DNA of 7,141 nt from Candidatus Odinarchaeia archaeon (GCA_029856525.1 JAHQXC010000066.1:1-7141); one strand, 5' to 3'; numbered from the stretch's first letter, positions 1 to 7,081 are shown. The notes: generated from the letters alone by a model not told the origin. Made by a program: numbers and translations.

Positions 1-1
1 C

Positions 2-949
2 TCTCTTTTAGAAGGGGCTGGTTTTTCAATTCAATATAATCGTATTTGCTCCACTATCTTCAAAGGCGGGTTAAGAGTTAACCCTGTTAGAACACCTGAT
101 AGAATTGATTTTCTATCTCTTTGTATTACAGCTCAGAGAGAGGGAGGTTTCTTCTTTGAGACTGCTATTCAACCATTAAACGAGAGCTTTAAACATTATC
201 TTCCAGCTGAGAGTGATCTGTTATTCTCATCCACAGATAGAAGCATTAGAATCGGATCATTATCTGAAATAGATGTTAAAATAGACTTTAGTAAAGTATC
301 CTCTATGGCTAGAAGATTCGCTGAACTTCAACTAGCTTACCATCTGGTTGAACACGAGATGAGCGAGGGGGATATTCTTATTCTCGACAGGACTTTGCAA
401 ACCTCTTATACTAATGAATCCAAGTATTCTGATAGACTGTTCGAGGCTGCTAGTAGTAAAGGTGTTATCGTTTCAGGTTTATCTAAAACTAACCGGGTTT
501 TCACTTCAACAGGAATGGCTTTACTGGAGGCTGTTCAACTCGTCGCCAGGGAGGTTGAATACGATCGATGGTATATTCTCTTAGCTGAATCCTCTAGTAA
601 AGATCATAACGCGGCTATATTCGCTGTGAAACTTAACCCTATAAGCGAGTATGTTTTCAGATATGAAATTTTAGAGGACCAGTATGCTAAAATGTCTGAG
701 AGGGATCTCGGAGAGATTTTATGGAAGATATGTGAGAATTCATCTGATTTATGTTTTCCAGGTTATCCTTACGGTCTTATAGCAGCTGATAGGTTTGCCC
801 GCGTTCGCCTTGATGAAATTGAAGCTTATAAGACTATTCTAATCTCGGAGTTATCTAAAACCGATGTGTTTGAAAGAATTATAAGTAGAGTAAGATCTGT
901 GAACGCTCATGATATACTTAATAAATTAGCCTCTGAGAGTGGTGTTTGA
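2..949 (+). CDS. nurA: NurA-family 5'-3' nuclease (DNA double-strand break repair), 5'-partial: the true start lies upstream of the window
   Basis: Manual translation shows the frame of ORF 305..949 has no stop from base 2 ([23 protein letters not shown]...[12 protein letters not shown]). NurA-like motifs: [14 protein letters not shown] (second acidic motif, D at 386-388), [18 protein letters not shown] (761-802). It lies directly upstream of herA-mre11-rad50. Confidence 0.88.
   Translation, partial: SLLEGAGFSIQYNRICSTIFKGGLRVNPVRTPDRIDFLSLCITAQREGGFFFETAIQPLNESFKHYLPAESDLLFSSTDRSIRIGSLSEIDVKIDFSKVSSMARRFAELQLAYHLVEHEMSEGDILILDRTLQTSYTNESKYSDRLFEAASSKGVIVSGLSKTNRVFTSTGMALLEAVQLVAREVEYDRWYILLAESSSKDHNAAIFAVKLNPISEYVFRYEILEDQYAKMSERDLGEILWKICENSSDLCFPGYPYGLIAADRFARVRLDEIEAYKTILISELSKTDVFERIISRVRSVNAHDILNKLASESGV
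937..944 (+). promoter_or_regulatory. Shine-Dalgarno-like site (GAGTGGTG) for herA
   Basis: GGTG at 941-944 is 6 nt before ATG 951 and lies within the last codons of nurA. Confidence 0.6.
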
Positions 950-950
950 A

Positions 951-2492
951 ATGGAAGTTGTAGGAAGTGTTATAGGCGGATCGATAGGTAAAATTTTTTT
1001 AAGACAGCGATCCGGTGAAAGAATAGAATTAGGGGATTTACTTGTATGCGAGGAGGGTGACAGTTTAGTTATAATGCAGGTTTACGACTTAGAGTATGGT
1101 AGTCAAATACCAGATGGGAACATTGAGATGATCGCCGGTCTTCGGCTTGAAGGATACGGTGAACGATCTGATTTAACCCTTATGGATCCGGCGCTTAGAC
1201 ACTATGTTATAGCTCATGTTAAAGCTGTTCTAAGAGTGGAGGGGGGTGTTCCAAAGACACCTAAAAGTCTTCCTAACTTTCTCTCCTCTCTTAGACGGAT
1301 TAAACCTGAAGATCTTAGTTTTCTAACTAAACCGGCTAACCCTATATATGTTGGAGATCTGAGAAGCGGTTCAAAGGTTTTTAAGTTTCCAATTTACCTT
1401 GACGGACCTGAAGTTTTAACTCACCATGTTATTATACCAGCGACTACTGGTAGAGGTAAAAGTAATTTAGTGAAGGTTATGCTTTGGAGTCTAATGGATC
1501 AGGATAACTTCGGTGTCCTCGTTTTAGACTCCCATGACGAATACTATGGCCGTCACGGTAAAGGCTTGAAAGATCATCCTAACGCTGAGGACCGGTTAGT
1601 TTACTATACCTCCGCGAAGCCGCCTCCTGGAGGATATAATCTCATAGTGAACGTGGAGTCGATTAAACCTTATCATTTCGACGGTATAGTGGAGTTTACT
1701 GAAGCTCAGTCGGATGCTATATACCTTTACCACAATGAGTTTGAGGAGAAATGGATTGAGAATATTTTAAAAGGTGAAAAACTCGAGGATGAGAGTAAAA
1801 TTAAACCTGTAACTATCGCGGTTACTCAGAGGAGGCTTGAACATATTCTCGGAATCAGACATACAACTGAAAAAGGATTTGAATATTATACTAACGTGTT
1901 CAGTATAGATAAAGGCGGCTCTACGGTGAATGATATCGTAGACGCGTTAGAGAACGGTAAAATCGTCATATTAGATACTTCACGGATACCGGACGCCGCG
2001 GAGCTTCTTATAGGTGCGATAATTGTAAGCGAGGTTTTCAGACGCTATCAAAACTATAAGTACACCGGTGAACTTGAAGATAAGCCTGTTATAAGCATTG
2101 TTATAGAGGAGGCTCCCCGCGTGATAGGCGCTGATGTTTTAGCTAGAGGCGATAATATTTACGGGACTGTTGCCAGGGAGGGGCGTAAATTTAAGGTCGG
2201 TTTAATGGCTGTAACTCAGCTTACAACTGTTATACCTAGCACGATACTAGCTAACATGAATACTAAGATAATTCTAGGCAATGAGATGGCTGCTGAAAGG
2301 CAGGCTATAATCAACTTCGCGCCTCAGGATCTATCCGAGGACTCTCAGACTATAGCTAGCTTGGATAAAGGTGAAGCTATTATTAGCAGTAACTTCACTA
2401 AATTCGCTATTCCAGTTAAAATACCATTATTCGAAGAATATATTAAAGATAAAACTTCTAAAAATTCAAATGCGAATATCACATACTTTTAA
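951..2492 (+). CDS. herA: HerA bipolar DNA helicase/translocase (FtsK-HerA ATPase with N-terminal HAS barrel)
   Basis: N-terminal beta-rich HAS-barrel-like region (VVGSVIGG...IELGDLLV...VIMQV), Walker A ATTGRGKS (1440-1463), VLDSHDEY, Walker B IVIEEAP (EEAP 2106-2117), arginine-finger motif REGRKF (2175-2192), VTQ sensor, [18 protein letters not shown]. The ORF track starts at GTG 939; ATG 951 is preferred because of the SD spacing. Confidence 0.93.
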   Translation: MEVVGSVIGGSIGKIFLRQRSGERIELGDLLVCEEGDSLVIMQVYDLEYGSQIPDGNIEMIAGLRLEGYGERSDLTLMDPALRHYVIAHVKAVLRVEGGVPKTPKSLPNFLSSLRRIKPEDLSFLTKPANPIYVGDLRSGSKVFKFPIYLDGPEVLTHHVIIPATTGRGKSNLVKVMLWSLMDQDNFGVLVLDSHDEYYGRHGKGLKDHPNAEDRLVYYTSAKPPPGGYNLIVNVESIKPYHFDGIVEFTEAQSDAIYLYHNEFEEKWIENILKGEKLEDESKIKPVTIAVTQRRLEHILGIRHTTEKGFEYYTNVFSIDKGGSTVNDIVDALENGKIVILDTSRIPDAAELLIGAIIVSEVFRRYQNYKYTGELEDKPVISIVIEEAPRVIGADVLARGDNIYGTVAREGRKFKVGLMAVTQLTTVIPSTILANMNTKIILGNEMAAERQAIINFAPQDLSEDSQTIASLDKGEAIISSNFTKFAIPVKIPLFEEYIKDKTSKNSNANITYF

Positions 2493-2497
2493 AGGTG
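2491..2497 (+). promoter_or_regulatory. Shine-Dalgarno-like site (AAAGGTG) for mre11
   Basis: GGTG at 2494-2497 is 7 nt before ATG 2505, immediately after the herA TAA (2490-2492). Confidence 0.65.
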
Positions 2498-2504
2498 TTG
2501 AATC

Positions 2505-3755
2505 ATGTATAAGTTCGCTCATATAGCGGACTGTCATCTAGGAGCTAACCGGGAGCCTGAGCTTAGAAGACTTGAAATTGAAGCTTTTAAGAAGACTATA
2601 GACGAGTGTATTCTCAATGGAGTGGATTTCATTATTATAAGCGGTGATATCTTTCACTCTAATCTCCCTGATATGTGGGTGGTTAATGAAGCTGTTAGAA
2701 AAATGAGGGAGGCTGTTGTTAAAGGAATCCCAATATACGTGGTTTATGGAAGCCATGATTACAGTCCAACTGAAACCTCTATTATCGATGTTTTAGAAAG
2801 CGCAGGCTTAGTTAAGAGGATAGGTGCAGGTGAGATTAAAGATGGGAGGCTTATATTAAAGTTCACAGTGGACTCTAAGACCGGTGCTAAGCTGACAGGT
2901 ATCTCAGCTAGAAAGCTTGGAATCGAGCAAGAATATTATAAGATTCTAAACCGGGGGATTCTAGAAGATGAAGGCGGGTTTAAAATCTTCGTCTTTCACA
3001 CTATGATAGCTGAGCTGAAGCCTGTGGACCTAGCTAAAACCGATTCGATACCTTTATCATATCTACCAGCAGGATTCCACTACTACGCTGGCGGGCACCC
3101 TCATAAAACTATTGTTAAAAAACTCGAAGATTACCCTTTTATCGTCTACCCTGGCCCTATCTTCGCTAAAGACTCGAAGGATTTCGAGGAGGCTGCTAAA
3201 GGTGTTAGAAGAGGCTTCTACATTGTTAACTTCGACACTCAGGTTAGAGGAATAGAGTTCGTGGAGGTTAGAGTATGCGACTATTACTTTAAAGAATATG
3301 ATGCAACAGGTAGAACCCCCAGCCAGGTTATGTCTGATTTAACTGAAGAGCTGGAGAAAGCTGATTTAAACAATAAGATTGTTTTATTGAAGATAAACGG
3401 TGAGTTAGCGTCAGGTAAAACCTCGGATGTTGATTTCACCGCTATTCGGAGAATGATAATGGAGAAGGGGGCTTTACATGTTCGAATAAACCGTTACGGT
3501 TTAACCTCTAAAGAGTATACTTCGATTAAAGTTAAAGGCGGCGATGTGAGAGAGATAGAGGAGAAAATATTCGAAGAGAATATTCATAGACTTAAGCTTT
3601 CGAATCCTAGACTCACCTCAGCGGAGGGTGTTAAACTCGCCGTTAACCTTTTAAAAGTTTTAAGAGACCCGCCTAAAATGAATGAATCTAAAGAAGATTA
3701 CTTGAACAGGATTAGAAGCCATGCTTTAAAAGTTTTAGAGATTCCAGAGGAGTGA
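2505..3755 (+). CDS. mre11: Mre11 DNA double-strand break repair nuclease (calcineurin-like metallophosphoesterase, SbcD/Mre11 family)
   Basis: Phosphoesterase motifs FAHIADCHLG (DCHLG 2529-2543), SGDIFHS, YGSHD (GSHD 2748-2759), VFH, GGHPH, YPG; capping-domain-like region and helical C-terminus; 416 aa; directly upstream of rad50. Confidence 0.95.
   Translation: MYKFAHIADCHLGANREPELRRLEIEAFKKTIDECILNGVDFIIISGDIFHSNLPDMWVVNEAVRKMREAVVKGIPIYVVYGSHDYSPTETSIIDVLESAGLVKRIGAGEIKDGRLILKFTVDSKTGAKLTGISARKLGIEQEYYKILNRGILEDEGGFKIFVFHTMIAELKPVDLAKTDSIPLSYLPAGFHYYAGGHPHKTIVKKLEDYPFIVYPGPIFAKDSKDFEEAAKGVRRGFYIVNFDTQVRGIEFVEVRVCDYYFKEYDATGRTPSQVMSDLTEELEKADLNNKIVLLKINGELASGKTSDVDFTAIRRMIMEKGALHVRINRYGLTSKEYTSIKVKGGDVREIEEKIFEENIHRLKLSNPRLTSAEGVKLAVNLLKVLRDPPKMNESKEDYLNRIRSHALKVLEIPEE
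3747..3755 (+). promoter_or_regulatory. Shine-Dalgarno-like site (GAGGAGTGA) for rad50, overlapping the mre11 stop
   Basis: Purine-rich GAGGAGTGA includes the mre11 TGA (3753-3755) and is followed by AAA-ATG (3759). Confidence 0.6.
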
Positions 3756-3758
3756 AAA

Positions 3759-5786
3759 ATGATTATTAAATCAATTGAATTAAAGAATATTCGAAGCTAC
3801 TCTGATGAAAAAATCGATTTCCCAGCCGGCGTGATCCTGTTCGAAGGGGATATAGGTTCAGGTAAGTCTACTATTCTTTTAGCTATAGAATTCGCTTTAT
3901 TCGGTTTAGGCGACTTGAAGGGTAGCTATCTTCTAAGATTAGGCTGCTCGAGCGGTCATGTGAGACTGCGATTCGAAGTCGACGGTAAAGAATACGAGGT
4001 TTATCGACGGCTTATAAGAAGAGGAGGATCTGTAACCCAGGAGGAAGGATACATAGAATGCGACGGTGTTAGAAAAATTCTATCAGCTTCAGAGCTGAAG
4101 CAGACTATTCTAGATATTTTAAAATTTAATGAGCCTCCTAATCCTAGAGCTCAAAGCGTTATATACCGTTATGCTCTCTACACGCCTCAAGAGCAGATGA
4201 AAGAGATATTATGGGCTAAACCTGATGAAAGACTTCAAACTTTAAGAAAAGCCTTCGGTATCGAAGACTATAAGATCGCTTTAGAAAACGTTCATAGTAT
4301 AATCGGAGAGCTTAAAGAACGTGTTAACATATTAAAGGATAGGATCAGAGATATAGATGAGATTTCATCTAAACTTGAAAAATCTAGAAGCCTTCTAAAA
4401 GAAGCTCAGACACGTCTAATCGAAGTTAATAAAAAATACGTGGAGGTTGAAATAGATTTTAAAAAGCTTCAAAGCGAGTTGGAGTCGCAGTTAAATATTG
4501 AAAAAGAAATTGAAGCTTTAAAACGTCAAATACCTATCTTAGAAAATGAATTAAAGGAGAAGACTAACAGGATAATAAGAGTCTCCAGTGAATCATACGA
4601 GGTTTATAAAAAAATACTGGCTGAAATAAATCTGATAGAGGCGCTTCCTAAAATCGATAAACCTACTGAAATGGAGGAGGCGGAGATTAAAAGTAAACTT
4701 AAAGATCTTGATTTAAAAATACGTGAGCTGCGTAGAAAGGAGGCTGCTCTCGAATCTAAGATTAACGATTACCGTCAGATAATCGATAGAAAGCTATGCC
4801 CTACATGCGATCGCCCGGCTGACCCGGCTGATATTCAAAGCAAAATAGATTCAAAGCTTCATGAAAAAGAAGAGGTTTCTAATAATATAACGAGTCTCGA
4901 AGACGCTAAAAACAGATTGGAGGATACTTTAGAAAAGTTAAGAGAATACAAAGAATTCCAGAATAAACTTAAAACTCATCTGAATAATTTAGAACATTAC
5001 ACTTCGACCGTGAACAGAAACCATGAGGAGATTAATAGTTCAGCTGAACGGCGTTTGAAAATACTTTTAGAGATTTCAAAATTGGAGGATAGTATTCGAC
5101 CCCACAAGGATTTAGCTGAGCGGATAACTGCTTTAAGAAATAATATCGCCAGACTGCAATCAGAGTTAACAGGGTTATCTTCTGAGAGAGGCGGCTTAGA
5201 GAAGACTATAACTAATCTAGAGCAGGAGATTAAAAATCTTGAAGGAGAGTTAGCTGAAAGAGAAAAGTTTAAACGTTTAGTAACCGTGTTCGAAGATTAT
5301 CTTATCTGGCTTAAAGAGTACTTTGAGAACTGTTTAAACGATATTGAGAAACATGTTATGATCTCTATTAACCAAGAGTTTAATAATAAATTCCAGCGAT
5401 GGTTTAACATTCTCGTCGAGGATAGCTCTAAGGAGGCGCGTGTAGACGAGGATTTCAATCCTATTATAGAGCAGGAGGGTTATGAGCCTCCGCTTGAATC
5501 TTTAAGCGGAGGTGAGAAAACAAGTATTGCTTTAGCTTACAGGCTTACTTTAAACACGATTGTTCAACGTTTATCCGTCGGGTTGAAATCGAATCTGTTA
5601 ATACTAGATGAGCCTACTGACGGTTTCAGCAAGGAGCAGTTATTTAAGATACGTGATATTTTAGACGAGATTAAAGCCCCTCAGATTATAATAGTATCCC
5701 ATGAGAGAGAGCTTGAAAGCTTCGCGAATCATATTTTCAGAATAGAGAAGGTTAACGGGGTATCAAGGGTTATTTCAACCAGTTAA
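3759..5786 (+). CDS. rad50: Rad50 SMC-like ABC ATPase with zinc hook
   Basis: MIIKSIELKNIRSY start, Walker A GDIGSGKST (3846-3872), Q-loop YTPQ (Q144), long heptad-rich coiled coils, central CPTC hook (4797-4808, C347/C350), signature LSGGE (5502-5516), Walker B LILDEPT (DE 5607-5612), H-loop VSHE; 675 aa. Confidence 0.96.
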   Translation: MIIKSIELKNIRSYSDEKIDFPAGVILFEGDIGSGKSTILLAIEFALFGLGDLKGSYLLRLGCSSGHVRLRFEVDGKEYEVYRRLIRRGGSVTQEEGYIECDGVRKILSASELKQTILDILKFNEPPNPRAQSVIYRYALYTPQEQMKEILWAKPDERLQTLRKAFGIEDYKIALENVHSIIGELKERVNILKDRIRDIDEISSKLEKSRSLLKEAQTRLIEVNKKYVEVEIDFKKLQSELESQLNIEKEIEALKRQIPILENELKEKTNRIIRVSSESYEVYKKILAEINLIEALPKIDKPTEMEEAEIKSKLKDLDLKIRELRRKEAALESKINDYRQIIDRKLCPTCDRPADPADIQSKIDSKLHEKEEVSNNITSLEDAKNRLEDTLEKLREYKEFQNKLKTHLNNLEHYTSTVNRNHEEINSSAERRLKILLEISKLEDSIRPHKDLAERITALRNNIARLQSELTGLSSERGGLEKTITNLEQEIKNLEGELAEREKFKRLVTVFEDYLIWLKEYFENCLNDIEKHVMISINQEFNNKFQRWFNILVEDSSKEARVDEDFNPIIEQEGYEPPLESLSGGEKTSIALAYRLTLNTIVQRLSVGLKSNLLILDEPTDGFSKEQLFKIRDILDEIKAPQIIIVSHERELESFANHIFRIEKVNGVSRVISTS

Positions 5787-5800
5787 ACACGGTTTTAAAT

Positions 5801-6580
5801 ATGGTTTCAAGCTGTAAAACTGTAATAGTTTTAGACGGGGTGAGTTTAACCTGCCACGTGGAACGGCGGCGTGTTAAAAACGCGCGGCTGGAAGTTAAAC
5901 CCTGGGGGCTTCTAGTAATTCTACCCGTCTATGGAGTGAACCCGCTGCGCTTGATTGAGGAGAATAAGAACTGGATTCTAAAAGTTTATAGGAGGTTAAA
6001 GGAGAGTGAGGTATTATACCAGTCACCTGGAAACATGTTTCCTTTACTAGGAGTCCAGTACACTGTTATCTTAGACGAGGAGGTTAACGGGTTTAAAATC
6101 GACGAGGTTCACCGGCTTATAAGAATAGGATTTAATTTTAACCTCTCAGATTTCAAGAATTTTCTGAAAAAAACTTTACTTGACCTGATACTACTATTCT
6201 TGAATAGTTTACCGGCTGAAATTGATAAACAATATAATAGGATCACTGTTAAAGCTCAGAGGACAAGGTGGGCTAGTTGCTCTGTTAAAAGGAATCTTAA
6301 TTTTAATATTAAAATGGTTTCTCTGCCTATTAACCTGATAGAGTTCATAGTATACCATGAGCTGTTGCATTTTAAAATTAAATCTCACAGTAAATCTTTT
6401 TACAGGCTATTAGCTTCCAGGTACCCTGATTACAAGCGTATTCGCAAAATTTTAGGCGAGTATTTTACCATGTTTAATATGAATAAACTCTGGCAGTTAA
6501 TCTGTCAACGCCATTTTTCAAAGCAAACTATTTCTTCTAGACTTTTCCGGCTGGTGGGCTTAGGTTCAACGTCAGGGTAG
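5801..6580 (+). CDS. DUF45/YgjP-like zinc metallopeptidase (M48/SprT/WLM-related HExxH protein)
   Basis: N-terminal RRRVKNARLEV...VILP and LIEENKNWI pattern; QRTRWASCS (RWASCS 6266-6283; family-typical RWGSC); LNF; IEFIVYHELLH (HELLH 6356-6370) plus a third His in KSHSKSF (6386-6388). No clear SD, so the start codon is uncertain. Confidence 0.85.
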   Translation: MVSSCKTVIVLDGVSLTCHVERRRVKNARLEVKPWGLLVILPVYGVNPLRLIEENKNWILKVYRRLKESEVLYQSPGNMFPLLGVQYTVILDEEVNGFKIDEVHRLIRIGFNFNLSDFKNFLKKTLLDLILLFLNSLPAEIDKQYNRITVKAQRTRWASCSVKRNLNFNIKMVSLPINLIEFIVYHELLHFKIKSHSKSFYRLLASRYPDYKRIRKILGEYFTMFNMNKLWQLICQRHFSKQTISSRLFRLVGLGSTSG

Positions 6581-7017
6581 CCGATGGGGATCATAGTTAC
6601 AACTCTTATGTTTTTCGGTATCTCAAGGATTTCTTTAACTTTATCCTCGTAGAAGGCTCCAAGCCAGCATGTTCCTAAACCTTCCTCAACCGCTTTTAAC
6701 ACTAGATGAGTCACAGCTATTGAAACATCTACTACATATGAGGGTTGACCGCAGGTCATTACATAGTCTGTTTTAGTCCCGCATGCCACTATCACCACAG
6801 GCGCTTGCGCTACGAAAGCCTGGCCTTTAGCGGCTTCCATGAGTTTCTCTCTAGTCGCTTTATCTTTAACTATGATAAACTTCCAATCCTGTAGGTTTCT
6901 AGCGGAAGGAGCCAGCCTAGCCGCTTCGAGAACGCGTTTAAGCTTATCGTCTTCTATAGGTGTATCTTTAAATCTTCGTATACTTCTTCTTTTTTGAATA
7001 ACCTCCATTAACTCCAT
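6505..7017 (-). CDS. Nitroreductase-family flavoprotein (FMN-dependent NAD(P)H oxidoreductase), about 170 aa
   Basis: Motifs RRSIRRF, ARLAPSARNLQDWKF, GLGTCWLG, IPIGYP and a C-terminal RKSLEEIV. The ORF track starts at 7038; ATG 7017 is preferred because AGGTGGGGG (7028-7020) precedes it at SD spacing. Confidence 0.93.
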   Translation of the reverse strand: MELMEVIQKRRSIRRFKDTPIEDDKLKRVLEAARLAPSARNLQDWKFIIVKDKATREKLMEAAKGQAFVAQAPVVIVACGTKTDYVMTCGQPSYVVDVSIAVTHLVLKAVEEGLGTCWLGAFYEDKVKEILEIPKNIRVVTMIPIGYPDVEPKPTSRKSLEEIVCFEKWR

Positions 7018-7019
7018 TT

Positions 7020-7028
7020 CCCCCACCT
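7020..7028 (-). promoter_or_regulatory. Shine-Dalgarno-like site (AGGTGGGGG) for the nitroreductase
   Basis: The + strand reads CCCCCACCT at 7020-7028; GGTG on the - strand is 6 nt before ATG 7017. Confidence 0.65.
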
Positions 7029-7038
7029 TCTCATTCAT

Positions 7039-7081
7039 CTTCAGATTTTTATTTTATTCTAATCGCTTCTTTTATTTTTTA
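7039..7081. promoter_or_regulatory. Very AT-rich intergenic tract upstream of the nitroreductase; possible promoter region
   Basis: TTTTTATTTTATTCTAATCGCTTCTTTTATTTTTT lies 25-65 nt upstream of ATG 7017. No unambiguous TATA/BRE could be assigned. Confidence 0.3.

Larger units (their letters stand above)
2..6580 (+). other. Probable operon nurA-herA-mre11-rad50(-DUF45 peptidase)
   Basis: Co-directional genes with intergenic gaps of 1, 12, 3 and 14 nt and no room for internal promoters or terminators in the gaps. The four core genes are a well-known archaeal resection module; inclusion of the fifth gene is inferred. Confidence 0.75.

Noticed and set aside
305-307. ATG 305 as the nurA start
   Set aside because: The frame is open for 101 codons upstream, there is no SD, and the product would lack the first catalytic motif.
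1440-1463. HerA Walker A beginning with Ala (ATTGRGKS) rather than Gly
   Set aside because: A small residue other than Gly at this position is common in archaeal HerA proteins, and GKS is intact.
939-2492. HerA as part of an anti-phage system (e.g. Sir2-HerA or other nuclease-HerA pairs)
   Set aside because: Its neighbours are NurA, Mre11 and Rad50, the housekeeping resection context; no defence effector is present.
2538-2756. 72-aa minus-strand ORF from the ORF track
   Set aside because: Entirely antisense to the conserved catalytic motifs of mre11, with no recognisable domain or SD; most likely a shadow ORF.
4260-5330. Repetitive-looking A-rich sequence in rad50
   Set aside because: Explained by Glu/Lys/Leu-rich coiled-coil coding; no true tandem DNA repeat or CRISPR-like periodicity seen.
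5783-5798. Weak inverted repeat TTAAAC...GTTTTAA at the rad50/peptidase junction
   Set aside because: Short, imperfect and AT-only; too weak to call a terminator or operator.
5801-6580. DUF45 gene as a marker of a restriction-modification or defence island
   Set aside because: No hsdR/M/S, methylase, integrase or transposase in the window, and no obvious compositional shift by eye.
6505-7017. Functional link between the nitroreductase and DNA repair
   Set aside because: Opposite strand, a very common stand-alone family, and no evidence beyond adjacency.
7018-7038. N-terminal extension MNEKVGE of the nitroreductase
   Set aside because: It encodes the SD-like AGGTGGGGG for ATG 7017, and family members typically begin about 6-8 residues before RRSIR.
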